The notes: a model not told the origin generated them from the sequence alone. DNA of 64,000 bases from Octopus vulgaris (GCA_951406725.2 OX597827.1:62310001-62374000), one strand, 5' to 3'; shown: positions 12,763 through 28,960, numbered from the stretch's first letter. Program-made: numbers and translations.

Positions 12763-13041
12763 TTGTTAATGATTCTGTCACCTCGTGATGACAGATTCTT
12801 CATCTGTCAGTCGCTCAGAAACAGGAGAAAAACGTCGTCGGAGCTCTGTGCGGAATTCAACGAGGCAAGTACTTCACGAATATCAACCAGAACTGTTAGA
12901 AGAAAGCATGCAGAGTACGGTCTGAAAGACTGTAAAGCCAGGAAGAAGCCTTGGGTTTCTGAAGCAAATATGGAAAAACGTCTTCAGTGGGCCAAAAAAC
13001 CACTCAAATTGGGCCAGTGAGCAATGGTTGAAAGTCATATG

Positions 13042-13275
13042 TATTTCTTTATTACCCACAAGGGGCTAAACATAGAGGGGATAAACAAGGACAGACAAAG
13101 GTATTAAGTTGATTACATCGACCCCAGTGCGTAACTAGTACTTAATTTATCGACCCCGAAAAGATGAAAGGCAAAGTCGATCTCGGCGGAATTCGAACTC
13201 AGAACGTAACGGTAGACGAAATACGTCTACGCATTTCGCCCGGCGTGCTAACGATTCTGCCAGCTCGCCGCTTTA
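13042..13275 (-). mobile_element. Full-length SINE family B inserted in the Tc1 with 15-bp TSD
   Basis: gttgaaagtcatatg at 13027-13041 and 13276-13290; removing it restores W-L-K-V-I-W-S-D-E-S. Confidence 0.92.
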
Positions 13276-13944
13276 GTTGAAAGTCATATGGTCTGACGAA
13301 AGTAACTATGAGGTAAGTTAGTACATGTATTCAATCAACATATAAACTTAATGAAACTGGTTTGTTGCCCAAAATATATAAAATAAAATATCCAACATAA
13401 AGCTAATATATTTCATGTTCTTACTTAGGTTTTCGTTACATCTGGTGCAACTTTCGTGAGTCTCAGAGTTGGGGGAAGCATTTAAGGCTAAATGTCTGCT
13501 ACCAACCGTAAAACATGGGGATGGTTCTATCATGCTATGGGCCTGCATGTCTGCCATGGGACATGGAAAAATGTTTTTATGTCAGGGAAGGAGGAATTCA
13601 GCTACCTATGGTTTTATGTTAGGGGATGTTTTAGAGCCATCAATTGCTAAGTTGCATGCAGGAGTGTCGAAAAGTAGTGTTATCTTTCAACAGAACAACG
13701 CTCCATGTCATACAGCAAAGAATACTCGTCAATGGTTTGAGACACAGGGTATAGTTCCCATGGACTGGCCAGCTCAAAGTCCCGATCTAAATTCGATCGA
13801 ACACCTATGAGGAACTCTTGGTGAAGCTATCAGGAACACAACAATTAAAAATAAAGAGCATTTGTACCAAACGTTGAGAGAAGAATGGAGTAAAATTGCG
13901 CCTAGCACCTGCAAGAAACTAGTTGATTCAATGCCTAACCGTAT

Positions 13945-14165
13945 ATGTTTCTTTATTAGCCACACAGGGCTGAACACAGAGGGGACAAATTACAAAGTAG
14001 AGGTTTTCTTTTTGGGGAGAAAAAAATTTTTAATAAAAAATAAAATAAAATAAAAGCGGGGGATAGGTTTTCGATCAAAAGGGATCGTAAAAAAAAAGAA
14101 AAAAAAACGATCAATAAGGATCGTGTGTATAAAAGCGGTAATTGATGATAAAGTAGGGTCATCCA
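13945..14165 (-). mobile_element. LINE 3'-end fragment nested in the Tc1
   Basis: gtttctttattagccacacagggctg... is the reverse complement of the 8296/55205 terminus. Confidence 0.7.
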
Positions 14166-14287
14166 GATATTAAAACTAATGTATATTGTGAAATATACCA
14201 TAATCTACCATGTGCACCAGTTTCAGTAACATTGAGATGGCAGAACCCCAAAACATTGGGGTGGCCTAATACTTTTGGCCAAGGCTG

Positions 14288-14319
<32 letters not shown>

Positions 14320-14329
14320 TGTATGTATG

Positions 14330-14360
<31 letters not shown>

Positions 14361-14974
14361 GTATGTGTGTGCGCGTTTATGTATGTATGTACACATTCGT
14401 ACGTGAATGGGAGTCTATGAGTGTGGAGGAACTGCAAAGATAAGATCGCAAGTTCAGGTGTGAGAGAGAGCGAGAGAGAGAGAGAGAAAGAAAGAAAGAG
14501 AAAAGGAAGAAGGAAAGAAAAAATGAAGGAAGAAATAAAGGAAGGAAGGAAGGAATGGAAGAAGTAGCAAGATAATAAGACAGCAAAATCAGCCATCATT
14601 GTATCGCAGTTTGGTTTTCAGAATTAAATTATTCATATCCAACGTGGTGCATTCTGAAAATTTCAAGTGCTTTTTTTTTTTTTTTTTTTTTTGGTTACTG
14701 TTGCTGCAGAGAGTGCCGTCGTGTGTTTAGTTTTAATTTAGATAGAAGTGCTTAGATAAAACGATTATATATAATCTGTAGAGTTCCTAAGTTCAGCTGG
14801 TGTTCAACTCCACTCTGACCCTGTTTGCTGTTTCGGTTGTAGCTTGGCGCTTTCGTTATTTTTTTTGGCGCTATTTTATGTGTTTTGGTTGTTGGTATTA
14901 GAAGTGAGTGCTTAACGTTGAGTCTACTGAGTACGTTTAAAGACGCTCAGTTTAACATGAATTTAACAAAAGAA

Positions 14975-15449
14975 TAGAGAGAGGGGGAGAGAAGGGTGGG
15001 AGAGAGAGAAGGAGAGAGAGAAAGGGGGAGAGAGAGAAAAAGGAGGACATAGAGCGAAATTGAGAGAGAGAGGGAGAAGAGAGAGAAAAAGGGGGAGAGA
15101 GCGAAAATGAGGACGAGAGAGAAAAAGGAGGAGAGAGAGCGAAAGTGAGAGAGAGAGAGAGAGATTGAGAGAGAGAGAGAGGAGGAGAGAGAAAAAGAAG
15201 GAAAGAGAGCGAAAATGAGGAGGAGAGAGAGGAAAAGGAGGAGAGCGAATATGAAAGAGAGATAGATCGATAGAGAGAGAGAGAGAAGGAGAGAGAGAAA
15301 AGAGGGAAACAGGGAGCGAAAGTGAGCAAGAGAGAGAGAGAACGAGACAAAAGGGGTAAGGGAGAGAGAAAAAGGAGGAGAGAGCAAAAGTGAAAGTGAG
15401 AGACTGAGACAGAAAGAGAGAGGAGAGAGCGAAAGTGAGTGAGAAAGGG

Positions 15450-15486
<37 letters not shown>
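14975..15486. repeat. GA-rich low-complexity tract with recurring gagagcgaaa motif
   Basis: Direct inspection. Confidence 0.85.
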
Positions 15487-15490
<4 letters not shown>

Positions 15491-15671
15491 CTGCAGCGAA
15501 AATTTAACACGGTAGTTCAACTTGCTAGAAATAGCAACTAAATTATCGCCCTCAGACCATAATAATTAAAGAACTGAAAATAAAAATACAGGATAATGCA
15601 GGTCGCGATAAATAATTTCAGATAGAAAAACATCTGAGGAAGGAAAAAAAGAAAAAAACCCAAAAAGGATA

Positions 15672-16122
15672 AGCGCAGACATGGCTGTGGGTGTAAGAAG
15701 CTCGCTTTGCAACCAAGTGGTCTTTTGGGTTCAGTTCCACTGTCAGGCTCCTTGGGCAAGTGTCTTTTACTATAGTCCGGAGCCTATCCAATGCTAGTGA
15801 TTAAATTTGGTAGAGGGGAAACTGTGTTTGTCCCCTGCCCGCCGCTTCGCAATCAATGTTAGTCTGTGTACGTTCACGTAGCATCAGCGGTTTCTGCAAA
15901 AGTGACCGATACTATAAGTACCGGACTTAGAACCAAAAGAGAAAAAAAAAAACAACAAGAAAAAACAAAGAAACATAAAACAAAACCCCAGTAAAACACA
16001 AACAAAAATATAAACACAAAGAAGAACTAAGTACTAAGAGCGATTTGTTCGGCTAAACCCTCCAACGCAGTGCTCCTGCATGGCCGCAGTGCAATGACTG
16101 AAGCAAGAGAAAGATAAAAGAT
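15672..16122 (+). mobile_element. SINE family A, diverged copy
   Basis: gcgcagacatggctgtg...gggttcagttccactg...cttgggcaagtgtc...catggccgcagtgcaatgactgaa. Confidence 0.75.
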
Positions 16123-16130
16123 ACAAAAAC

Positions 16131-16162
<32 letters not shown>

Positions 16163-16199
16163 TGATGATGATGATGATGATGATGATAATGATATTACT

Positions 16200-16236
<37 letters not shown>

Positions 16237-16307
16237 GCCCTGAAGCAGTACCAGGCAGATAATAATAATAATAATAATAATAAATGCCCTGAAGCAGTAC
16301 CAGGCAG

Positions 16308-16973
<666 letters not shown>

Positions 16974-17000
16974 TAATAATAATAATAAAAATAATAATAA

Positions 17001-17547
17001 TAAATGCCTTGATGCAGTACCAGGCAGTGGCTCTCATGGCTTCTGATCTTAACTGATTGGAAGTGTTATCATGTACATTGTTTTGTCTTGGTATAAAAGA
17101 TGGGCTACAGCAAATATTCTGCTCAATACCACAGATTTGCTTGTCAGTTGTTTGACCTTAACCAGTTGAGCATGTCCCTTAGTGGCTGACAATACGTGCA
17201 TCTCTGATCACGTGCAGAAGTAGTGTGGAACATCATAGCCATGTGTTGAAAGGAATTCTTTGGGGTTTGAATAATTCACCTCTGGAAACATGGGTGGTTC
17301 ATTCAACATCCTTAAACAATCCTTATTCAGGGACCTTTTGAGTGGGATGGGTTGCTCGACCAGAAGAAAATTCTAACTGGGCCCCACCTGCAAGGTCATG
17401 CGCTGTTTATCACCATGTCGCGCAAATATGGTTGTGATGCATGTGCCTGGTGTACACTTATCAGACGGGTAGTCATGATGGGTATACTAGGCTTCGTATA
17501 TCTTACCCCAGTGTCACTTTGATGGCATGCACTGCTCTCTCACTCAA

Positions 17548-17549
<2 letters not shown>
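17001..17549 (-). mobile_element. Unclassified non-coding repeat between (AAT)n and (TAC)n
   Basis: Its end aaatgcc(c/t)tga(t/a)gcagtaccaggcag also occurs alone twice at about 16233-16259 and 16282-16308. Confidence 0.55.
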
Positions 17550-17609
<60 letters not shown>

Positions 17610-18775
17610 ATAATAATAATACGACATAACCATACGGTATGATGGGTACGAAAGATCTAGTCTTGTTAATAGATAGAAATAATAAAAATAAAAGTAAGGT
17701 TCAGGATATTGCAATGGCGTTTTGTAGTTCCTTTTTTATTTATATTGTGGTAAAATTTTATAACGCTTTAAAAATATTCCTTTTTAACTTCCATTTTGTT
17801 TATCTTTTATATGCATAATTTAGCTTTGATATATACTTAAGCGTCTATAAATTATAAGAGTTATCCAACATCTGTGTCATTTGACTCGTTACACTTTGAA
17901 GGAGTTAAACAAACAAACTAGGAAAGAAAAAAAGGAAAAAAAAAACAGAACGAAGAAAAAATAATTCTGTGTCCGTCTGGTTCGGAAGATTGATGAAGAG
18001 AGGGGGGCACCTCCTGCATACGCAGGCACACCTACACGCACGCACACATACACACGCTCACACACATACACGCACATACACATATCCATACATACGCGCA
18101 CATACACACACATACAAACGTGCGCGCACACGCACACACAAACTCGCGCTCACACACATGTGCACATATACACTCACGTACACACATACACACGCGCACA
18201 CACACAAACATGCACACACATACACACACACGCACACATACACGCACACACATACGCACACATACACACACAAACGCTCACACATACACACGCACACATA
18301 CACGCACACACACACATACTCATACATACACACACATAAACACGCGTATATACACGCTCACATATGCATATATACACACACACACAAACACTCACACATA
18401 CACACGACGAACATACACGCACACACACACGCATAAACACGCACACACACACGCACACGCACACAAACACACACACACACATACGCACATATACACACAC
18501 ACGCAAACGCGCACTCATACACACGCACACACACACACACGCACACAAACACACACACACACATACGCACATATACACACACACGCAAACGCGCACTCAT
18601 ACACACGCACACACACACACACGCACGCACGCACCTCTATATATTCATTTAGTCATTCAATCTGAAACTGGTATATAGAAAAAAAAACAACTGAGTGAAA
18701 AGAGGAGCAGTAAGAGAAGAAACATTTCATATTGTGTGAATGAAATGAAATGTTAACCTATATGTAAGGTGACGT

Positions 18776-19530
18776 TCGGCGAGCTGGCAGAGTCGTTAGC
18801 ACACCGGGCGAAATGCTTAGCGGTATTTCGTCTGAGTTCAAATTCCGCCGAGGTCGACTTTGTCTTTCATCTTTTCGGGGGTCGATTAAATAAGTACCAG
18901 TTACGCACTGGGGGTCGATATAATCGGCTTAATCCGTTTGTCTGTCCTTGTTTGTCCCCTCAGTGTTTAGCCCCTTGTGGGTAGTAAAGAAATAGGTATT
19001 TCGTCTGCCGCTACGTTCTGAGTTCAAATTCCGCCGAGGTCGACTTTGCCTTTCATCTTTTCGGGGGTCGATTAAATAAGTACCAGTTACGCACTGGGGG
19101 TCGATATAATCGGCTTAATCCGTTTGTCTGTCCTTGTTTGTCCCCTCAGTGTTTAGCCCCTTGTGGGTAGTAAAGAAATAGGTATTTCGTCTGCCGCTAC
19201 GTTCTGAGTTCAAATTCCGCCGAGGTCGACTTTGCCTTTCATCCTTTCGGGTTCGATAAATTAAGTACCGGTGAAACACTGGTGTCGATATAATCGGCTT
19301 AATCCGTTTGTCTGTCCTTGTTTGACCCCTCAGTGTTTAGCCCTTGTGGGTAGTAAAGAAATAGGTATTTCGTCTGCCGCTACGTTCTGAGTTCAAATTC
19401 CGCCGAGGTCGACTTTGCCTTTCATCCTTTCGGGTTCGATAAATTAAGTACCGGTGAAACACTGGTGTCGATGTAATTGAATATCCCCCTCCCCCAAATT
19501 TCAGGCCTTGTGCCTATAGTAGAAAGGCTT
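18776..19530 (+). mobile_element. SINE family B tandem array (4 units, 173-186 bp spacing)
   Basis: ggtatttcgtct at 18822, 18995, 19181, 19364; last unit ends with the alternative tail cccccaaatttcaggccttgtgcctatagtagaaagg. Confidence 0.9.
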
Positions 19531-19639
19531 ATATATCGCATATACCCCCACAAGCAACCTTACTATACACACACATACACACAAGCACACTAACAGAAGT
19601 AGCTGTTTATACAGGTACCGAACCTCTCACCTGGAATCC

Positions 19640-19820
19640 AGACGCTACTTCAATAGTTTTTCAGTGAATGGATTATTTCGAAGGGACTTTGGCCACGAAT
19701 TCATCTGATTTAACACCAACATATTTTTTTGTGGAGAGCAAGTAAAGGATCAGAGTTCAAGAATTGCCCACAAACCATTAAATACTTACTGCAGAGAGAC
19801 TTTTTGAGCACCCTTTACAT
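19640..19820 (+). mobile_element. Decayed Tc1/mariner 3' remnant
   Basis: IISKGLWPR...FLW...K...PQTI resembles the WPP.SPDL.P.DFFLWG region; TIR-like ctttttgagcaccc end. Confidence 0.45.
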
Positions 19821-19979
19821 GCATGCATGCATACATACATAAATACATACATACATACATACATACACACATACATACATACATTTTTTTTTTTTTTTTT
19901 TTTTTTTTTCCAGTTTCAGCTCTTGAGCTTTGGCCATGCTGGGGCACCGCCATTGTGGTGAAAGAGTAAAGAAGGGATA

Positions 19980-20115
19980 ACCACCCCCTGCCGGAGCCTC
20001 GTAGAGCTTTTAGGTGTTTTCGCTCAATAAACACACACAACGCCCGGTCTGAGAATCGAAACCGCGATCCTGCGACCGCGAGTCCACTGCCCTAACCACT
20101 AGGCCATTGCGCCTC
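19980..20115 (-). mobile_element. tRNA-derived SINE family C head
   Basis: Minus strand GAGGCGCAATGGCCTAGTGGTTAGGGCAGTGGACTCGCGGTCGCAGGATCGCGGTTTCGATTCTC, then non-tRNA body. Confidence 0.8.
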
Positions 20116-20299
<184 letters not shown>

Positions 20300-20967
20300 A
20301 CATATATATAATATATAACGGGTTTCCACACAGGTTCGATCTACCGAATTACTTCACAAAGCATTGGTCCATAATAATAAGCATTGACTACAATAAAAGA
20401 CACTTGCCCAAAGGGGTACGCAGTGAGATTGAACCCACAACCATGTGGTTGCGAAGCAAGTTTCTTCACCACGCATCCATCCATCCATCCAGCCAGCCAG
20501 CCAGCAATGCCAATGTTTGTTAGCTATAAATTTTCCTAACGATTTTCCGATAAATTTGCTCATTTAGCGGCGAAGCAGACAAAAATATGTAAACCGCATG
20601 TGACCTCTGACAGAAACAAATTCAGGAAGTATATCTCCAGAAAATGGCTGTTTTAAATGAATTTGTGTATTTATGACGAGTTCCTCGCTTTGAGCACGTG
20701 TGCACTTGTGCACATACGTGTGTGGGTGTGTGTGTAATTGAGTAATTGTGTTTGCGTGTGTTCTAGTGTGTAGCCAGATGTATGAATACTCTCTCAAATA
20801 TGAACACGTACCATTCGCATGCATAAACAGACCCGTAGTTATGTAATGTGTTTGTATAGTTATATTAGTGTGTTCTGCTAATGACAGGAATATGAACACG
20901 ACGTATGTGTGTGTTTAAATGTCAGTAGATACAAATATTTACAAACACCCACACACACACACACTCA

Positions 20968-21050
<83 letters not shown>

Positions 21051-21114
21051 ATATATATATATATATATATACATATATATACATATACATATCTATATAT
21101 AATATATAGTTTAT

Positions 21115-21163
<49 letters not shown>

Positions 21164-21208
21164 TAAATGTATATATTTACATATAAATGTATATATTAAT
21201 GTGTGTAC

Positions 21209-21249
<41 letters not shown>

Positions 21250-21707
21250 ACATCGTTATATATTTACAACATCGTTCACACATAAGCACAACAGTTATGT
21301 ACATATGCATGTATGTATATATATATATATATATCTGTGTGTGTATATGTCTATATATGTATATGTGTTTGTATTTACCGCCCCAACACCCACACACACT
21401 CATAGTGGTTGTCATAGACATTTGGCGCCAGAAGCGAACCAGTGAATCTTGGAAAGACGCTAGAAGGGTAAATAATGTCAATACAGCAATGGAGACGTGG
21501 ACGAGTTGTGTAATAGCGAAGAAGGAAACTGCTTGATTTGAAGGCAAGACACAGATCAATCAAAACATTACACCCACAATCAAACAAACCCACACATACA
21601 CACACGCACATATTTCACTCTCAGACATTCAGACATTCTGACGAACGGAACACATACAGCCATGCAAACCTATACGCATACATACAACGTTAATTATAGG
21701 TTTCTGC

Positions 21708-21794
<87 letters not shown>

Positions 21795-22737
21795 GACTGA
21801 CGTGATGTCACAGCAGCTCCGCAGATAACCCCTTTTTTCGACCTTTTATTGCACACATTTTGTGTCAATTTCTGGACACAAGATGTGTAAAGCACCCAGC
21901 TTTCGTTTGAGTGTGTTTTCAAGGAAGAAATTGACCCCTAGGGGCAGTTTCAAACCTATTTACATTTCTACTTTCTTCGATTTGCCATATTTCTAGATAA
22001 ATATGGCTAAGCGAAACCATGAGGCCGACTTCCTGCCTCTACCAATGCTAGAGGTGAAGGAAGCTCCAAGCAAACCATTCTGCGTGAACGCACACAGGAC
22101 TTAGAAGGCACGAATGCTTCTGCTACTATAACCACTGGCTCCACCACTGCCACCACCAATACCGCCATCACCACCACAACCAACACGAATACTGAAAACA
22201 ATTTTGCCGCAGCTTTAAAGTTAAAGAAAACAGTCATGTGCGTTTCCAAAGAAGAACTGCTCGCCTGTAAAGCAATATTAAAAAAAGACGCCCTCGGCAT
22301 ACAACTAGAGACACCACAAAACATCACGGAAAAAATCGAAAAAAAAACTCCGATTATTTACAGGACACTCAATCTAAAAACAAGGCTATACGAAAATGCC
22401 ACTCAAGAAAATTCAGAAAAATGTTTAAGGCCTATATGGGCCTTTAAAGACTACATCACGTGGGGAAGCAGATTTGCCACGATCGAAGTTCGATTCGACA
22501 GTGAAGAAAGAGCCAAGGACATCTCCACAAAATCCTTTCCAATTTGAAAATTTATTGATGATCTCTACATACCTTGGTCGTAGGGTCACAACAATTAGAA
22601 TGAAGAATGTGCCTCCTGAAATAGAAATAAAATGGTTCGTGTCTGCCATTTCCCATGACATCGAGGACGAAAGCCGTACCTTGGAAATCACTGTTTACGA
22701 AAACAAGGACGGAAAAACAGACGATGTTACACAAATA
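21795..22737 (+). mobile_element. 5' UTR and decayed ORF1 of a Tx1/L1-like LINE
   Basis: Non-repetitive reading frames ...YITWGSRFATIEVRFDSEERAKDI / STYLGRRVTTIRMKNVPPEIEIKWF, resembling RRM-type Tx1/L1 ORF1; begins right after (TCTA)n at 21707-21794. Confidence 0.55.
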
Positions 22738-22777
22738 TAAATACAATATACAACGAACAAATAATAATAATAATAAT

Positions 22778-22853
<76 letters not shown>

Positions 22854-23204
22854 GTAATAATAATAATAATAATAATAACAGGTGTCTTTCGACTGGGGAC
22901 GAATTGAATTCAGCTGGCGTGTGTGGAAATGAAGCCTTACGGCAGAGATACAAAACTTTCACAAACACAGGGAAGAATATCGATGTGGTAGTGACCACAG
23001 TCAGACGCAAAAAGAAGGCTAGCAGTATGGCCTATCGGTCACGTGAGAAAAGAAGAGAGAGAATAAGAGGAGCAAAAGGATTAAGGAAGGTGAAGAGAAG
23101 AGAGAGAGAGAGAGTATAGAAGCAGATGGACAGAAGAATTAAGGAGGGTCGAGAAACAGATGGCAGGGACATAGTGAAGTGAAAAATGAGTAAGACAGTG
23201 AGTT

Positions 23205-23620
23205 TGGCTCAATCTGAGGAAACGCTTGCCAATGAAACCGTATGAGCTACAGCTCGTTCATCCCATAATGGCAGATGACAAGCGAAAGCACGAACAATTG
23301 TGTGTTGATATGCTAGAGAAACGTGAAGAAGCCGAGTTCAAGGAACGTCTTGTTCTTAGTCATGAGGCCACATTTCATACGATTGGCAAAGTCAATAAGC
23401 ATAATGTTCGCATTTGGGGCGAAGAAAATCCGGTGCGCATATTGGACATTTGTGAAATTGCTCATGGAATCCACATACCTTTAAATTTCTCATTCGAATT
23501 TGGAGGAATAAATCTTATGTTGGTCAACATTAAGCCTGTTTAATTTCATTTGCTTCGACTGTGTGTTTTCTGTGATATTTACATCTCGAATGATATCAAA
23601 TTTTTTGAAACACCATCCTA
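23205..23620 (+). mobile_element. Tc1/mariner-superfamily fragment (rosa/DD41D-like)
   Basis: MKPYELQLVH...ERLVLSHEATFHTIGKVNKHNVRIWGEENP; TIR-like ttttgaaacacc end. Confidence 0.8.
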
Positions 23621-23672
23621 TATATATATGAAATAGTGTAACTCAAAGGTCGAGGATTTCGTTTGTTAGCGC

Positions 23673-24449
<777 letters not shown>

Positions 24450-24751
24450 CATACACATATATATTTATACATACATGTATATATATATTTATATATATAT
24501 ATATATATATATGGCGTATTGCATTTTATTACATATGAGTGACATTGGGAAATTCATAAAGTTTGTTTTCTCTGCACGTAACCATATTTTTCAAAGAGAA
24601 TATAGTTACGTGCAGGCCACCGTACTTAATGAGTGTTGTCAAGTGAATATAATTTTTAATTAATTGATATTATTAGCGTAATGAGAAGAAAACTCATTAG
24701 CGCTAATGGAAAATATTCTCAATATACACACTAACATACATACAAACATAC

Positions 24752-24884
<133 letters not shown>

Positions 24885-24899
24885 GTATATATATGTATG

Positions 24900-24930
<31 letters not shown>

Positions 24931-24962
24931 CTTTATACATCCAGAGATGCATGCTTTCATAC

Positions 24963-25055
<93 letters not shown>

Positions 25056-25259
25056 ACAGAGAGTCGTAAAATATAAAGGCTGTTCGTTACTTCAAGGAAA
25101 GTAAATATATAAAATGCTTGAGTATTGAAGTTCACTCCTAGTGGGGTCTGCAATGTAAAAGGTCTCAATTCTTGCTCATGCTACTATGGTTAATGTAGAG
25201 GCGCTATCTTCAATAAAAACACACGTAAAACAAACATAAAACTAAGAAAATATTGGCTA

Positions 25260-25352
<93 letters not shown>

Positions 25353-25353
<1 letters not shown>

Positions 25354-25514
25354 GTGGCTGTGTGGTAAGTAGCTTGTTTACCAACCACATGGTTCCGGGT
25401 TCAGTCCCACTGCGTAGCACCTTGGGCAAGTGTCTTCTACTATAGCCTCGGGCCGACCAAAGCCTTGTGAGTGGATTTGGTAGACGGAAACTGAAAGAAG
25501 CCCGTCGTATATAT

Positions 25515-25585
<71 letters not shown>

Positions 25586-25810
25586 AGTGTGTGTGTTTGT
25601 GTGTCTGTGTTTGTCCCCCTAGCATTGCTTGACAACCGATTCTGGTGTGTTTATGTCCCCGTTACTTAGCGGTTCGGCAAAAAGAGACCGATAGAATAAA
25701 TACTGGGCTTACATAAAGAATAAGTCCCGGGGTCGAGTTGCTCGATTAAAGGCGGTGCTCCAGCATGGCTGCATTCAAAGGACTGAAACAAGTAAAAGAG
25801 TAAAAGAGTA
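25353..25810 (+). mobile_element. SINE family A, near full-length
   Basis: gtggctgtgtggtaagtagcttg...ggttccgggttcagtccc...gactgaaacaagtaaaagagtaaaagagta tail. Confidence 0.9.
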
Positions 25811-25929
25811 TACATATTTATATATATATATATAATCATAATTATGGGTATCTAAAAGATACCGTCATGCTAGAGATAGCAGACAAAACTTGTCTCTAAA
25901 TTCACATCAAATATTCATACAGCACCAGG

Positions 25930-25994
<65 letters not shown>

Positions 25995-26046
25995 TGAAAA
26001 ACAAGTCAAAATAGAAAATGCTAAAATAATTTTATAAAGAACATTT

Positions 26047-26084
26047 CAGTACCGGTTTCGGTCATTTTGAGACCTTTTCAACTG
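26047..26084 (-). ncRNA. Minimal hammerhead motif with U3-A8 core variant
   Basis: Minus strand cag-TTGAAAA-ggtc(tcaaaat)gacc-GAAA-ccgg-TA-ctg, inside a ~150-bp insert between (AT)n tracts. Confidence 0.6.
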
Positions 26085-26136
26085 TAACGATTAAATAATT
26101 AAATTTAGAAAAATTAAAAGAAAAGTTTTTTTAAAG

Positions 26137-26445
<309 letters not shown>

Positions 26446-26830
26446 ATATATATAATAATAATAATATTAGGGAGTATATCCAAACTTACAAGGAAAAATC
26501 AGATTTAAGATTAAATCAAATTCCACAGTATAAATATTAAATTAAAAATGAAAAGATTTAAAATTTAAAAATATAAATTTTTTTTCAAAAATTTAAAATT
26601 TTAATAATTAAAATTTTAAATTTTATATTTTATATATATATATTATATATTATATTATATTTATTTTTCGTTTTTTATGTTTTGGTTTATGTCTATCACT
26701 GTTTGAATTGCCTAATAGTGGTTTTATTTATTGGCTACCGAATAATTGTCACAAATTTTATTTACACATAAATTCCTCTATTTACATAATATTGAGGTCT
26801 CTTTCTTTTGTTATCTTACCGTTTTTACCA

Positions 26831-26861
<31 letters not shown>

Positions 26862-27469
26862 TGTGTGTGTGTGTGTGTGTGTGTCTGTGTGTGTGTGTGT
26901 GTGTATGCTGCAGTATTTAAACCCAAGTCAGCACTGATCAATTGATTAATTAAACCAATAATCAAGAATTTTCCTAATGTAACCGTTCTGTCGTTTTAAA
27001 TCTGATAATTTTCCCCAGATTACCTCATGCGTTCTGACGTTTCTGTTTTTCTTTTTCAAGATGGCAGAGAATGATATAAGGAGGATTTAACTGCTGTTTC
27101 TACCAGATTGTGTGACTGCGCCGCGTATCGGTTCGTGTAGATCCATTTTAGTCTAGCTTGGTGTTGGTGTTTGTGATGATGTGTTGATGGTTCTTGGCGC
27201 TGGAAGATGGTATGGTGGTGCTGATGCTTCTGTTGATAGCAGTGGTTGTTCGTTGGTGGTGTTGGTGTTGGTGGCAGATTGTGGTGGTGGTGGTGTGGTG
27301 GTTTTGGCGTTAGTTGGTATGGGAGGTTGTGGTAGTCATAGTCTTGTTGATGTGTTGTTGCTAATGGTGGAGCTGGTTGTTGTTGTTGCTGTCGGTGGTG
27401 GATGCGATGGTGGTTGATAATGGTACCGATGGTTGTTTAGTTGTGGTGCTAGTGATTGGTTATCTTCAT

Positions 27470-27753
27470 TTTCTCTTTTACCTTTCGCTTATTTCAGTCA
27501 TTAGGCTGCGGCCACGCTGGGGCAGCGCCTTGAAGAATATTTAGTCGAATGAATCGAAACGAATATTTATAAAGTTTTAAGGTTGGTACTTATTCTATCG
27601 GTCTCTTATGCCGAACGTTACGCAGACGTAAACACACGTCTACGTTACGCAGACGTAAACACACCAACACCGGTTGTGAAGCGGTGACGAACAAACCACC
27701 AACACACACATACACACAAATATTTATATACATATACATATATATATATATAC

Positions 27754-27788
<35 letters not shown>

Positions 27789-27930
27789 CGATAGGCTTTT
27801 TTCAGTTTCCATCTACCAAATTCACTCACAAGCCTTTGATCGGTCCGAGGCTATAGTAAAAGACATTTGCCGAAGGGAATGCGCAGTGGGACTGAACCCG
27901 GAACCATGTGGTTGGTAAGCACAACCACAC
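27470..27930 (-). mobile_element. SINE family A copy
   Basis: Matches family A; internal small duplication acgttacgcagacgtaaacaca. Confidence 0.85.
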
Positions 27931-28269
27931 CAATACTGGTATTGGTATGAGTTGTCGGTGGTGTTGGCGGCGGTATTTATGATGCTGGTCATTGCTGTGG
28001 TTTTTCGGGTTTGTATTGGCATTTATGGCCGATGGTGTGCGCGGGAGTTGGTGTTAGGGCTAACGGTGGTAGTGCATAATTTCGTGACACATTGGTGGTA
28101 TTGGTTGTTGTTGTTGCTGTTAGTATCATTGTTTGTAACTGGGTACTGTTGGTGATTGATATTTAGTAGCAGTAGTTAGTATCGGCGTTAGTATGGCTGT
28201 TAGTATTGCTGTTACTGGGGGCATTTCTCTTGGTATTGATGGCTGCTTTTGGCACTGATACTGAAGTTA

Positions 28270-28296
28270 GTGGTGATGGTAATGGTGTCGCTGTTA

Positions 28297-28347
<51 letters not shown>

Positions 28348-28918
28348 AGTGTTGAAGTTGGTGCAGGTGTTTGTAACTCGTAGTGGTGGAGGTGGTGGTA
28401 CTGGTGGTTGTGCCCTAGGTGCTAATGGTTGCTGTAGGTACTGATACTTGCACCTTGTGGTAGTGGTATTGCTGTTGGTGGTGGTAGTGGTAGTAGTAGT
28501 AGTAGTAGTAGTAGTAGTTGTAGTAGTAGTAGTAAGCATTGAAGCTGGTGTTAGCGTTTGCAACACGTAGTGGTGGTGGTGATGGTACTGGTGGTTGTAC
28601 CCTGGGTGTCAATGGTTGCTGTAGGTACTGGGTAGTGGTGTCGCTGTTGGTGATGGTAGTTGTAGTAGCAGCAGCAGTAGTATTAGTAGCAGTAGTAGTA
28701 GTAGTAGCAGCAGGAGCAGCAGCAGCAGCAACAGCAGTAGTAGTTGTAGTTGTAGAAGTAGTTGGTGTTGATGTTAGTGTTCGTTTTTGTAACTCGTGGC
28801 GGTGGTAGTGGCATTGGTGATGGTAACAGTGCTCTTGGTGTTAACGGTGGTATTTTGGGCTGGTATCGGTATTGACTTGATAGTTATAGTTCCTGTTGTT
28901 GTTTGTGTTTGTTGCTGG

Positions 28919-28949
<31 letters not shown>

Positions 28950-28960
28950 AGTTGGCATTG
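28270..28960. repeat. (GTA)/(GGT) low-complexity region containing a ~97-bp direct repeat (28346-28443, 28534-28630)
   Basis: Direct inspection. Confidence 0.8.

Larger units (their letters stand above)
12770..14288 (+). mobile_element. Tc1-family transposon (5' truncated, decayed) with an intron and two nested retroposons
   Basis: RDDR...ISTRTVRR...ARKKPWVSEANMEKRLQWAK...KVIWSDESNYE / PTVKHGDGSIMLWACMS...FQQNNAPCHTA...WPAQSPDLNSIEHL...KKLVDSMPNR; right TIR ...cctaatacttttggccaaggctg|ta. Confidence 0.92.

Noticed and set aside
14580-14960. Possible first exon or LINE 5' UTR
   Set aside because: Complex sequence but no ORF, splice pattern or repeat match that I can support.
20040-20115. tRNA gene (also 63907-63980)
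   Set aside because: A/B boxes present but no proper acceptor stem or terminator; continues into a SINE body.
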